Positions 9,993 to 19,004 of a stretch of DNA of 64,000 bases are shown here, in pieces. Location: contig CAWIFT010000003.1 of NCBI GenBank assembly GCA_963835455.1, forward strand, positions 949,583 through 1,013,582. The letters are read 5' to 3'. A program made the position numbers and the translations under genes. Position 1 is the first letter of the stretch, and each line of letters starts with the position of its first letter. Source of the stretch: an uncultured Actinomycetes bacterium. Its GTDB lineage: Bacteria > Actinomycetota > Acidimicrobiia > IMCC26256 > PALSA-610. The notes under the pieces are model-generated. The model searched no databases, had not been told where the DNA came from, and worked only from the letters and a program-made list of their open reading frames with translations.

Positions 9993-10301
9993 ATGCTCGA
10001 ACTCAGACCGATCTGCGAGAACTGCGCGACCGACCTCCCGCCCGCGTCGACCGATGCGATGATCTGCAGCTTCGAGTGCACGTTCTGTCGAGCGTGTGCG
10101 CTCGACGTATGCGGCAACGTGTGTCCGAACTGCGGTGGCGGATTCAGCCCGCGCCCGGTGCGCCCCGGCACCGCCTGGAGCGGAGACAACTACCTGGGCG
10201 TCTTTCCCGCGTCGACGAACCAGCGCCATCGCGCCGTCGATCTCGAAGCGCACCGGGCGCTCCGGGCGCGTGTCGGCGACCTTCTCCCGCAGGACCGCTA
10301 G
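9993..10301 (+). CDS. DUF1272-like cysteine-rich small protein
   Basis: MLELRPICENCATDLPPASTDAMICSFECTFCRACALDVCGNVCPNCGGGF fits the DUF1272 pattern as I recall it. Confidence 0.65.
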   Translation: MLELRPICENCATDLPPASTDAMICSFECTFCRACALDVCGNVCPNCGGGFSPRPVRPGTAWSGDNYLGVFPASTNQRHRAVDLEAHRALRARVGDLLPQDR

Positions 10302-10356
10302 CTAGTCGGCCGGTACCGGACCCGTAACCCTCCCGCCGGGCGCGGCGATAACGCAG

Positions 10357-10605
10357 GTGATGGGAACCACACCTGACTGTCGTGGCCGCCGGCCGGGCTT
10401 CGGACGTGTGCTCGAGTCGAACGAGTCGCGTCTGGAAGCGCTCGACCGCCGAGGAATTCAAGTGGTCGTCGACGCCCGGAGGACGCTGCAGTTCTTCCTC
10501 GACCGCGCGCTCGTCAGCACCACGCCCCGCGAGTTCGAACACGAGTGGGCGTTGAACGTCGCCGGGTTGGTCAAGCAGTTCGAGGCGGAGTCGCCGCGGC
10601 CCTAG
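10357..10605 (+). CDS. hypothetical small protein
   Basis: GC3 is high from about 10408 onward (VLESNESRLEALDRRGIQVVVDARRTLQFFLDR...). I recognise no family, and the start is uncertain. Confidence 0.3.
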   Translation: MMGTTPDCRGRRPGFGRVLESNESRLEALDRRGIQVVVDARRTLQFFLDRALVSTTPREFEHEWALNVAGLVKQFEAESPRP

Positions 10606-10732
10606 GCGAATCTTTCCCGCGGAAATCGAGACTGCCGACACCGACTCCGGCGAACCCGGGTCGGACGCGAATCCAAGCCACTCACGACCGCCGTACCGAC
10701 GAGCACGAGCAACGGCACGACTGCGCTGCGGG

Positions 10733-11230
10733 CTACACGCCTTGCAGCTGGACCGTGGGATTGTCGTTGCGGACGCGCGTGATGAGGTCGTACCAGCCGT
10801 CGAGCGTGCGAGGTACCTGCACACTTCCGCCTCGATAGCGAAACGTCACGAGGAGGGGGTTCATGCCGCCGTACGACGGTGCAACCGAAGTGAGATCGGC
10901 GATGGCGGCCTGTCTCGTGCGCAGCACCGACCGGAACTGAAGCCGCCCGTCATCGGGCCACAGCGTCACTTCGAAGTTGATGCCCACCAAGGCCTGGAAC
11001 CACATCCAGCCCAGGGCGCCGAGCCAGACGAGCCCGAACCAGAGCGGCGGACTACCGGTGGCGATGCCGACCACGACGAGCGGGAATCCGAGAGCCGTGA
11101 TCAGACCGAGGATCGGGAGGCAGAACCACGGCATGAGGCCCGTCATCCGATAACGGATGGGTCCGTGCAGGGGCTGGTCCGGCTGCGTCGCCACCCGCTC
11201 TGTATCGGTCGCCGGCACCGACATCTGCAC
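10733..11230 (-). CDS. hypothetical integral membrane protein
   Basis: 165 aa. Two or three hydrophobic helices are present (LMPWFCLPILGLITALGFPLVVVGIA, PPLWFGLVWLGALGWMWFQALVGI), followed by a soluble tail. Confidence 0.5.
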   Translation of the reverse strand: MQMSVPATDTERVATQPDQPLHGPIRYRMTGLMPWFCLPILGLITALGFPLVVVGIATGSPPLWFGLVWLGALGWMWFQALVGINFEVTLWPDDGRLQFRSVLRTRQAAIADLTSVAPSYGGMNPLLVTFRYRGGSVQVPRTLDGWYDLITRVRNDNPTVQLQGV

Positions 11231-11295
11231 TCCCGGCGACCGTAGTGTCCCGCAAAGCGGGTGTGGTCTCTTCGCGACGATCGCGCACAGTTCTG

Positions 11296-11574
11296 TCAGG
11301 TATCGATGCGTTCTGCCAAGTGGATTGCGACGCGGTCGCCGGTTTCTTTCTGGATGACCTTCCGCAGTTTGCTGTTGATCGGGAGCTTGTGTGTGCCGTC
11401 GCCGAGCGCCATGAACGAACTCTGGAATGGATGCCCGTCCACAGTGCCACGGACCTTCACGAGCCCGCGAGTGCCGAAGAACTGCGCCGATCCCGGCATG
11501 ACCACATAGGTCCAGCCGCCCTTGTTCGGACTCGTCTCGAGCGTCGCCGTGAACTTCTTCTTCAGCGCCGTCAT
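11296..11574 (-). CDS. DUF1905 domain protein
   Basis: 92 aa. [48 protein letters not shown] matches the DUF1905 (YdeI N-terminal-like) pattern. Confidence 0.7.
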   Translation of the reverse strand: MTALKKKFTATLETSPNKGGWTYVVMPGSAQFFGTRGLVKVRGTVDGHPFQSSFMALGDGTHKLPINSKLRKVIQKETGDRVAIHLAERIDT

Positions 11575-11814
11575 GGACGCCCTCCGTTGACTGGAGCTAC
11601 GGGCACGGTCACCAGCTACGACCGTCAGTGAGACCGAAAGTCATCGCGAAGCCTTCCATCGGGCGGGTTGCAGGGAGTGCCGATCGCGTAGCTTCGCGTG
11701 TTGTGGCTGGGGGGACACGGGAGATCTCGCGTCCGTCGGGCGACGGCGGAGACTGACGACAACGACGCGCCGGGCGGTGCGGACAGCGAACCACGAAGGC
11801 GCGAGACTGAACCA

Positions 11815-13152
11815 GTGGATGCGCGGCTGAGTCCTATCGAAGCGATCATGTGGAAGGCCGGGCAGGATCCGACATTGCGCATGACCGTCGGCATCGTGCT
11901 GGGTCTCGACCACGCACCCGGCTACGACTTGCTGTTGGAACGCCTCGACGCGGTCATCAAGAGTTCGCCGCGGTTGCAGTCGAGGCCCGGTGATCCGTCG
12001 TTCACCCACTCGTGCCCGTTGTGGATCGAAGACGACGTGCCCGACGCCGAGCATCACTTGCGGGCGGCCGCGGTCAACCGGCCGGGTTCGCTCCGCCAAC
12101 TGCTCGACCTCGTGGGTTTGATCGAGTCGGTTCCCTTCGACCCCGACCATGCGCCGTGGGATGCCACGCTGATCGAGGGGCTCGAGGGCGATCGCGCCGC
12201 GCTGTACCTGCGCGCCCATCACGTCGTCACCGATGGATTGGCCGGGCTCCGCCTCGCCGGTCGGTTCCTCGACGGCGACGAGATCGACCTGCGCGAAAAG
12301 CCTGCAGCGGCGGACGACCGCCGATCGGGCGGCGCGACAATCGATCTCACGAAGGCACTGCGTCCGTTGCAGGTAGCGGTGCAGGCGGCCCGCGATCCCG
12401 AGACGGTCAATGTCCTCGTGCGCGGCCTTCAGGGGGTTGTCGACCTCGCAAGTTCCGTCTCCCGGCAGGTGGTCATCACCGGCGGCTCGTTGTCGCCGTT
12501 GTTGGTCGACCACTCCGCGACGACCCGCTTCGAGGTCATCTCGGTTCCCGGCGCACGCGCCGCGGCCCTGGCCCTCGGCGGCAGCCGGAACGACCTGCTC
12601 GTTGCCGGCGCCGCGTCCGGGCTCGGCCTGTATCACGAGCGGCTCGGCTTCCCGTGCGACGAGTTGCGGCTCTCCACGCCCACGACTCAGCGGCGCGGCC
12701 GCGACGTCGGTGGCAACTGGTTCGCCCCCGCGCGCGTTGCGGTGCCGACCGCCGCCGGGCCCCTCGGGCCGCACTTCGATGTCGTCGCCGACCGATTGAC
12801 CCGGGCGCGCGTGGAGCCGGCGCTGCGGTTCGCCGACACCCTGGCGTCGACGTTCAGCTACCTTCCCGCGCAGGTGCTCATTCCGGCATTGCAGGCGCAA
12901 GCGGGCACCGTCGACTTCGTCGCGACCGCGATCCCCGGCCTCCGCGGGTCGGGTCGCATCTGCGGGGCTCGCATCGAGACCAGTTACCCGTTCGGGCCTC
13001 GGCTCGGTTGTCCCGTGAACCTCACCGCGTTCGGGAACCGAGACCGTCTGGACGTGGGAATCGCGCTCGATCCCGCCGCGATCACCGAACCCGCGATCTT
13101 CCTCGAGTGCCTCGACGAGGCGTTTGCGACCTTGGTACCGCGCTCGGGGTGA
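11815..13152 (+). CDS. wax ester synthase/diacylglycerol acyltransferase (WS/DGAT) family
   Basis: The catalytic HHxxxDG motif is present as AHHVVTDGLAG. The N-terminus SPIEAIMWKAGQDP is typical. The start is uncertain: GTG 11815, or further upstream to 11698. Confidence 0.8.
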   Translation: MDARLSPIEAIMWKAGQDPTLRMTVGIVLGLDHAPGYDLLLERLDAVIKSSPRLQSRPGDPSFTHSCPLWIEDDVPDAEHHLRAAAVNRPGSLRQLLDLVGLIESVPFDPDHAPWDATLIEGLEGDRAALYLRAHHVVTDGLAGLRLAGRFLDGDEIDLREKPAAADDRRSGGATIDLTKALRPLQVAVQAARDPETVNVLVRGLQGVVDLASSVSRQVVITGGSLSPLLVDHSATTRFEVISVPGARAAALALGGSRNDLLVAGAASGLGLYHERLGFPCDELRLSTPTTQRRGRDVGGNWFAPARVAVPTAAGPLGPHFDVVADRLTRARVEPALRFADTLASTFSYLPAQVLIPALQAQAGTVDFVATAIPGLRGSGRICGARIETSYPFGPRLGCPVNLTAFGNRDRLDVGIALDPAAITEPAIFLECLDEAFATLVPRSG

Positions 13153-13170
13153 CCACGTCCAACACCACGC

Positions 13171-13201
13171 GAAGGACCCGGGGTTTCCCCCGGGCCCTTT
13201 C
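13171..13201. terminator. imperfect GC-rich hairpin between convergent genes
   Basis: The sequence gaaggaCCCGGGGtttCCCCcGGGccctttc lies between the WS/DGAT stop (13152) and the pilin stop (13234). The stem has bulges and there is no clear U-tract. Confidence 0.3.
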
Positions 13202-13233
13202 GGAGCATTGCTCTGCTCGACGTTGAGCAGTGA

Positions 13234-13731
13234 CTACCAGCTGCCGGTCATGGCGCCGGTGATGCCCGCCTCGGTGGCCGCAGGACATGCGACCTTGCCG
13301 AAGTAGGTACCTGCGTTGTTGCCGGCTGCGATGTCGGCGATCGAGAACGTCGTGCCCGACTTCGACTTCTCGTCGAGGCACACGATGTCGTTCGTACCGA
13401 CACTCGAGTTACCGATTGCCACGTTCAACGCGGGCTTGGTGCTGATCGCGCCACCCCAGTTCAGGGACGACTCGACACCTTTCAAGCCTGCAGTCGACGT
13501 GTCGGACGAGTAGACCTGACCGTCGGTGTACACCGTCTTCTCGGCGGTGAGACCGTTGCGGAGGTCGGATTCGGCCGCCCGGTCCTGGGCACGCTGACGT
13601 GCGCCCAAGAACGTCGGGATGGCAATCGCAATCAAGATCGCAATGATCAGCACGACCACCATCAACTCAATGAGGGTGAAACCTTGCTCATCGTCCCGAC
13701 GACGGGAAGCAAGGGCGTGGGCAAACTTCAC
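13234..13731 (-). CDS. type IV pilin / pseudopilin-like protein (prepilin N-terminal methylation motif)
   Basis: A GTG at 13731 gives VKFAHALASRRRDDEQ-GFTLIELMVVVLIIAILIAIAIPTF, which is a class III signal peptide with G/FTLIE. A C-terminal Cys pair is present. Confidence 0.8.
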   Translation of the reverse strand: MKFAHALASRRRDDEQGFTLIELMVVVLIIAILIAIAIPTFLGARQRAQDRAAESDLRNGLTAEKTVYTDGQVYSSDTSTAGLKGVESSLNWGGAISTKPALNVAIGNSSVGTNDIVCLDEKSKSGTTFSIADIAAGNNAGTYFGKVACPAATEAGITGAMTGSW

Positions 13732-13884
13732 TTGGCATGACCCCTTTTCAGGCGCCGCGGACGGTGTCCGGCCTTGAAACGGCGTCACCGGGGGTATCGA
13801 CCACGGCTCGTTCCGCCTGAAATCGGGGAGGTGACCCGACGATGGTCTCAGGCGGGGCCTGGGTTCCGAGCCCGGTGTTCCGGC

Positions 13885-14436
13885 CTAGTGGGCCAGCAAG
13901 CGCGCCGAGGGTCCGGTGTCTTCGTGCCAGTGGCGCGAACCGGAGCGAAGGTCGACGTGGATGCCACTCACGTCGATCCGGCCGGGCGCCAACGGCACGA
14001 CGGTCACCATCACGAGGTCGTTCGGGCCCAACTGCACGTGCCGCGCCGGCACGAGTGAACCACACGCCTTCTGCAGGTTTCCCGGTGCGGCGCCGAACAC
14101 CTCCTTGGCGTCCCTGCAGACGGTGACGGCGATCGCGGCGGGGGCCGAGTCCGCGCCGACGATGGGCGTCACACTCTCGATCTCGAGGTCGCGGCCCGGT
14201 AGTCGATAGCCGAGTTGGTACTGCTGGTTGATCGCGGCGGGCCCGACGAAGTTCGGCGACGAGTCGACCTGACCGAAGCGGTGTCGTACCGGCGCAAGCC
14301 GATGGTCGAACCACGCGCGCACCCCGACGAAACCCAAGACCACGAGGGCGGCGGCGACGATGATCCGGCCGCGCCGATGTGTCTTCGGGACCTCGACCTC
14401 AGGACTCGGGGGCACGTCCACGGCGAGCACCGGCAC
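13885..14436 (-). CDS. membrane-anchored hypothetical protein, paralogue of ORF 5..676
   Basis: 183 aa. A single TM helix (IIVAAALVVLGFVGV) is present. The architecture and tail motif are shared with ORF 5..676. It lies directly upstream of the pilin gene on the same strand. Confidence 0.5.
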   Translation of the reverse strand: MPVLAVDVPPSPEVEVPKTHRRGRIIVAAALVVLGFVGVRAWFDHRLAPVRHRFGQVDSSPNFVGPAAINQQYQLGYRLPGRDLEIESVTPIVGADSAPAAIAVTVCRDAKEVFGAAPGNLQKACGSLVPARHVQLGPNDLVMVTVVPLAPGRIDVSGIHVDLRSGSRHWHEDTGPSARLLAH

Positions 14437-14504
14437 AGTTTTGCACCCACTTCGTTCGCCTGCAGGTCGGCGTGGTCCGTCCGCCCGACTCGTAGGATCG
14501 GGCG

Positions 14505-15662
14505 GTGCACGAGTATCTCGTCGAGCGGTTGCAACCTTTCGGCACGACGATCTTCGCCGAGATGTCGGCGCTCGCGGTCGAGACCGGCGCCATCAATCTC
14601 GGGCAGGGATTCCCCGACACGGACGGCCCCGACGTCGTGAAGCAGGCCGCGATCGATGCGATCGAGGCCGGGCACAACCAGTATCCGCCCGGCATCGGCG
14701 TCCCCGAGCTGCGCACCGCGATCCACGCGCACCACCAGCGCTTCTACGGACTCGAGTACGACGCCGCCGCGGAGATCCTGGTGACCGCGGGTGCGACGGA
14801 AGCGATCGCGGCCGCGTTGATTGCGTTGTGCGGTCCGGGCGACGAGGTCGTCACGTTCGAGCCCTACTACGACTCCTACGCCGCGTGCATCGCGATGGCC
14901 GGGGCCACGCGTCACGTCGTCACGCTGCGCGCCCCCGACTACGCGTTCGACCCGGAAGCGGTGCGCGCCGCGATCACGCCCCGGACGAAGCTCATCCTCC
15001 TGAACTCTCCGCACAACCCGACGGGCAAGGTGTTCACGCGCGCCGAGCTCACGTTCATTGCCGAGCTCGCACGGGAACACGACCTGTTGGTCGTCACCGA
15101 CGAGGTCTACGAACACCTGGTGTACGAAGGTGAGCACGTACCGATCGCCACACTGCCCGGTATGCGCGAGCGCACGGTGATGATCGGCTCGGGCGGCAAG
15201 ACCTTCTCGTTCACGGGTTGGAAGGTCGGCTGGGTCTGCGCACCGCCCGCGCTCGTGACCGCGGTGAAGACGGCAAAGCAGTTTCTCACCTACGTCAGCA
15301 GCGGCCCGTTCCAGTACGCGATCGCGGTCGGGCTCCAGCTGCCCGACGAGTATTTCGAACGGTTCCGCAACGAGATGCTCGACAAGCGCGATCGACTGTG
15401 CGCGGGTCTCACGAACGCCGGTTTCGAAGTGCTGAGACCGCAGGGCACCTACTTCGTCACGGTCGACATCCGCTCGTTCGGTGAGACCGACGGCCTCGCG
15501 TTCTGCCGAGATCTGCCGCATCGATGTGGCGTGGTTGCCGTCCCCAGCGTCGTGTTCTACGACGACGTGGCCGCGGGCTCGCACCTCGTTCGGTTCGCGT
15601 GCTGCAAACGCACGGAGATCCTCGACGAAGCGTGCACGCGCCTGAAGAGCCTGGCGAAATGA
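14505..15662 (+). CDS. class I/II PLP-dependent aminotransferase (KAT/MtnE/DapC-like)
   Basis: 385 aa. INLGQGFPDTDGP, NQYPPGIGVPELR and the lysine region SGGKTFSFTGWKVGW are present. Confidence 0.85.
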   Translation: MHEYLVERLQPFGTTIFAEMSALAVETGAINLGQGFPDTDGPDVVKQAAIDAIEAGHNQYPPGIGVPELRTAIHAHHQRFYGLEYDAAAEILVTAGATEAIAAALIALCGPGDEVVTFEPYYDSYAACIAMAGATRHVVTLRAPDYAFDPEAVRAAITPRTKLILLNSPHNPTGKVFTRAELTFIAELAREHDLLVVTDEVYEHLVYEGEHVPIATLPGMRERTVMIGSGGKTFSFTGWKVGWVCAPPALVTAVKTAKQFLTYVSSGPFQYAIAVGLQLPDEYFERFRNEMLDKRDRLCAGLTNAGFEVLRPQGTYFVTVDIRSFGETDGLAFCRDLPHRCGVVAVPSVVFYDDVAAGSHLVRFACCKRTEILDEACTRLKSLAK

Positions 15663-16417
15663 TCGTCGCCGGCGTCCAGCACGACATCGAGTGGGAGCGA
15701 CCCGAGGCCAACTTCGCGCACCTCGCCCCGATGATCGCCCGCGCCGCGGCCGACGGTGCGCGCCTGGTCGTGCTCACGGAGATGTTTTCCACCGGCTTCT
15801 CCATGAAGACCGATCGCACCGCCGAACCCGCTGACGGACCGAGTGCGCAGTTCGTCGTCGACCAGGCCCGCACCAACGGCGTGTGGGTATGCGCGTCGAT
15901 TCCCGAGCGCGTCGATCCGAGTGAACATCCGCGCAACCAGCTCGTGCTGGCCGCGCCCGACGGAAGGGTGCACCGCTACGCGAAGATCCACCCGTTCACG
16001 TACGGCCGTGAGCACGAGCACTACTCCGCCGGATCAGAGTTCCTCACCGTCGACGTCGAAGGAACACGCTGTTCGTTCTTCGTGTGTTACGACCTGCGTT
16101 TCGCCGACGAGTTCTGGGCGCTCGCGGAACGCACCGACTGTTATGTCGTGCCCGCGAACTGGCCTGCATCGCGCCGAGAGCACTGGATGGCGCTGCTCCG
16201 GGCGCGGGCGATCGAGAATCAGGCCTACGTGGTCGGCGTCAATCGCGTCGGCGACGGTGGCCGGCTGCACTACAGCGGCGACTCGATGATCATCGATCCG
16301 TTCGGCGAAGTGGTCGTGCAGGCCGCCGACAACGAGACGATCATCGCCGCGGACGTCGACCCGGAGCGGGTGCGCACGGTGCGCGCCGAGTACCCGTTCC
16401 TGCAGGATCGCCGGTAG
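15659..16417 (+). CDS. carbon-nitrogen hydrolase (nitrilase superfamily, omega-amidase-like)
   Basis: The ATG at 15659 overlaps the aminotransferase stop as ATGA. The protein starts MIVAGVQHDIEWERPEANF and contains LVVLTEMFSTGF and CYDLRFADEF (the E-K-C triad context). Confidence 0.85.
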   Translation: MIVAGVQHDIEWERPEANFAHLAPMIARAAADGARLVVLTEMFSTGFSMKTDRTAEPADGPSAQFVVDQARTNGVWVCASIPERVDPSEHPRNQLVLAAPDGRVHRYAKIHPFTYGREHEHYSAGSEFLTVDVEGTRCSFFVCYDLRFADEFWALAERTDCYVVPANWPASRREHWMALLRARAIENQAYVVGVNRVGDGGRLHYSGDSMIIDPFGEVVVQAADNETIIAADVDPERVRTVRAEYPFLQDRR

Positions 16418-16434
16418 GGCTCACCCGAGCCGGC

Positions 16435-17658
16435 TCAGACGACCGCGCCGCCGGCCGCGAGGTCGCGGCGAAGAACGTCGACGTCGAGGTGATGCACGTC
16501 GCCGTCGACGGCGAGCGCGGCCGCGGCCCCGGACGCTTCGCCGGTCGCCATCGCGGCCGGTATCTCCTTCGTCGCCTGATGCACGTAACGACTCGCGGAG
16601 ATGCAGCGTCCGCTCACGAGCAGATTGCGCACCGCCGCGGTCGTCAACGAGCGGTAGGGCACGTCGAACACGACTTCGCGCCGGGTCCAGTGGCCGGTGC
16701 GCGCGATCGCGTCGGCGAACCGGCGGTCGCCATCGGACTTCTCGAGCACGTACTCGCCGACGAGCCGCCGGCTCTCGGTGATGCCGATCATCTTCGCGAC
16801 GTCGTCGAGCCACGCGTCCGGGTGACGCTCGCGCACGCGTGCGACCGCGGCGCGCACCGCGTCCCGGCACTCGAGCTCGGCGGCCGTGAGGTCGTCGGGG
16901 TCGGTCGGATCGACCCGCCGGTCGAGCGGTCCCCACGGGACGAGCGCCCGGCCGGGCGCGGTGGTGCGGAAGCCGATCTCGTCGACCGTGGCGTCGTCGA
17001 GGCCGCCCATCCGGAACCACAGATGCGGAGGAATCGTGGTCGATGCGTACGCGGCTCCGGCCGCGACCATGACGTCGCCGTCGCCGCTGGCATCGATGAC
17101 GATGCGCGGTCGCACGACCTCCCGCCCTCGTTTCGATTCGAGCACGACCGCTTCGATCCGACCGTCGGGCGCGTACGCGTGTGCGCACCACGAATGCAAC
17201 CGGAGCCGAACGCTCGAGGCGCGCAGCAGATCGATCGAGACGTCGCAGAACGCTTCCGGATCGAACGCGACCGAGTAGCGCACCACGTCCGGAGGTGCAC
17301 CCCAGATCAGTCCCCACGGCCGCCACGCGTCGACGGCGGCGGCGTCGGTCGATCCCCACTCGCGCGGCTCCGGGGCGCGCGCGTCGCCGCGGGCGGTGAG
17401 GCGGTCGACGACCTCTTGGCACAGCCCGGCGACAACCTGGTTGCCGCAGCCGTCGTCGAGCGTGAGCAACAAGTTGATGAGCCCGAACGTCGCGAGCCCA
17501 CCGATGAACCCGTAGCGCTCGACGAGCAGGACATCGGCACCGCGGCGGGCGGCCGCGACCGCGGCGGCGATGCCCGCGCTGCCCGCGCCGACGACGAGCA
17601 CGTCCGGGCGGTCGGTGACGGGCAGGTCCCGTGCCGGTTCGCGCCACGTCTCGGTCAT
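16435..17658 (-). CDS. FAD-dependent oxidoreductase
   Basis: 407 aa. The dinucleotide-binding motif is DVLVVGAGSAGIAAAVAAARRGADVLLVERYGFIGG. Confidence 0.75.
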   Translation of the reverse strand: MTETWREPARDLPVTDRPDVLVVGAGSAGIAAAVAAARRGADVLLVERYGFIGGLATFGLINLLLTLDDGCGNQVVAGLCQEVVDRLTARGDARAPEPREWGSTDAAAVDAWRPWGLIWGAPPDVVRYSVAFDPEAFCDVSIDLLRASSVRLRLHSWCAHAYAPDGRIEAVVLESKRGREVVRPRIVIDASGDGDVMVAAGAAYASTTIPPHLWFRMGGLDDATVDEIGFRTTAPGRALVPWGPLDRRVDPTDPDDLTAAELECRDAVRAAVARVRERHPDAWLDDVAKMIGITESRRLVGEYVLEKSDGDRRFADAIARTGHWTRREVVFDVPYRSLTTAAVRNLLVSGRCISASRYVHQATKEIPAAMATGEASGAAAALAVDGDVHHLDVDVLRRDLAAGGAVV

Positions 17659-17766
17659 GGCCGGTCACGGTAACGTCCGGCCCATGAGCCGAGTGACCGC
17701 GAGCGGACAGCGAGCAGCGAGGCGGGGCCCGAGCGGCCCGGTCCGGAGGACCGAGAGCGGAAGAGC

Positions 17767-18870
17767 ATGAAGTTTGCGCTCTTCTACGAGATCCCGGTCG
17801 CGCGCCCGTGGGGGCCCGACAGCGAACACATCGCCTACAAGAACACGCTCGAGCAGGCGATCGCCGGCGAACATGCCGGCTTCCATGCGTTCTGGACCGT
17901 CGAGCACCACTTCCTGGAGGAGTACTCGCACTGCTCCAATCCCGAGGTGCTGTACGGCGCGATCGCGAGCCGCACGACGAAGATGCGTCTCGGCTACGGC
18001 GTGCGCCTCATGCCGAAGCCGTACAACCATCCGGTGCGGACCGCGGAATCGGTTGCCGTTCTCGACCTGTTGAGCGACGGGCGCGTCGACATGGGCACCG
18101 GCCGCTCCGCAACCCGAATCGAGCTCGAAGGCTTCGGCGTCGACCCGAAGGACACGCGCGAGATGTGGCGCGAGGCGATCGAGCACGTCGTCGGTTGCTG
18201 GACGAACGAGCGGTACTCGATCGACAGCAAGTACTGGACGCTCGCCGATCGCCGGGTGCAACCGAAGCCGTTGCAGCAGCCGCACCCACCGATCTGGGGC
18301 GCGACCACGAGCGACGACGGTCACGCGCAGGTCGGTGAGCTCGGCCTCGGCCTGTGTTCCTTCGCGGTGGGTGTGTCGCCCGAGGACGTGAAGAAGAAGA
18401 TCGACATCTACCGCGCGGCCGTCGCGCACTGCGAGAAGCCGATCGGCAAGTTCGTGAACAACCAGGCGGCCACGTTCACCATGGCGTTGTGCGCGCCGAG
18501 CACCGAAGAGGCGTGGGCGTCGGCGCGCGAATCGTTCGAGTGGTACCCGAAGGTCGGCGCGCGTCAGATCGCGCAGGTCGCGGAGTGGATGGCGGAGCGC
18601 AACCAGGCGCTCGGCAACTACGACTACGCGGCGGACATGAAAGCCCACGCCGACGACGGCTCGCTCGATCTGTTGTCGCTCGAGTACCTCGTCGACTCCG
18701 GCGCGTGCGTGCTCGGCACGCCCGAGCAGTGCCTCGACGCGTGCAAGCGCTACGAAGCCGCGGGTGTCGACCTACTGCTCTGCCTCGTGAACCCGTACAA
18801 GATCGGGCACGAACAGGTCATGCAGACCATCGACCTCATGGGCAAGCACGTCATCCCCAACTTCAGCTGA
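17767..18870 (+). CDS. LLM-class (luciferase-like) flavin/F420-dependent oxidoreductase
   Basis: 367 aa. MKFALFYEIPVARPW, FHAFWTVEHHFLEEYSHCSNPEV and LSDGRVDMGTGRS are present. Confidence 0.85.
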   Translation: MKFALFYEIPVARPWGPDSEHIAYKNTLEQAIAGEHAGFHAFWTVEHHFLEEYSHCSNPEVLYGAIASRTTKMRLGYGVRLMPKPYNHPVRTAESVAVLDLLSDGRVDMGTGRSATRIELEGFGVDPKDTREMWREAIEHVVGCWTNERYSIDSKYWTLADRRVQPKPLQQPHPPIWGATTSDDGHAQVGELGLGLCSFAVGVSPEDVKKKIDIYRAAVAHCEKPIGKFVNNQAATFTMALCAPSTEEAWASARESFEWYPKVGARQIAQVAEWMAERNQALGNYDYAADMKAHADDGSLDLLSLEYLVDSGACVLGTPEQCLDACKRYEAAGVDLLLCLVNPYKIGHEQVMQTIDLMGKHVIPNFS

Positions 18871-19004
18871 CCGATCGAGCGCGCACCGGCTCGATGCGGA
18901 ATCAAGCCGCGGGCTAGTGAATCTGCACACATTCTCGGGCCAACCAATCCCGTCTGGAGGTACTGACGGGCCCGAGAATGTCAGATTCCCCGACGACGCG
19001 CGCG

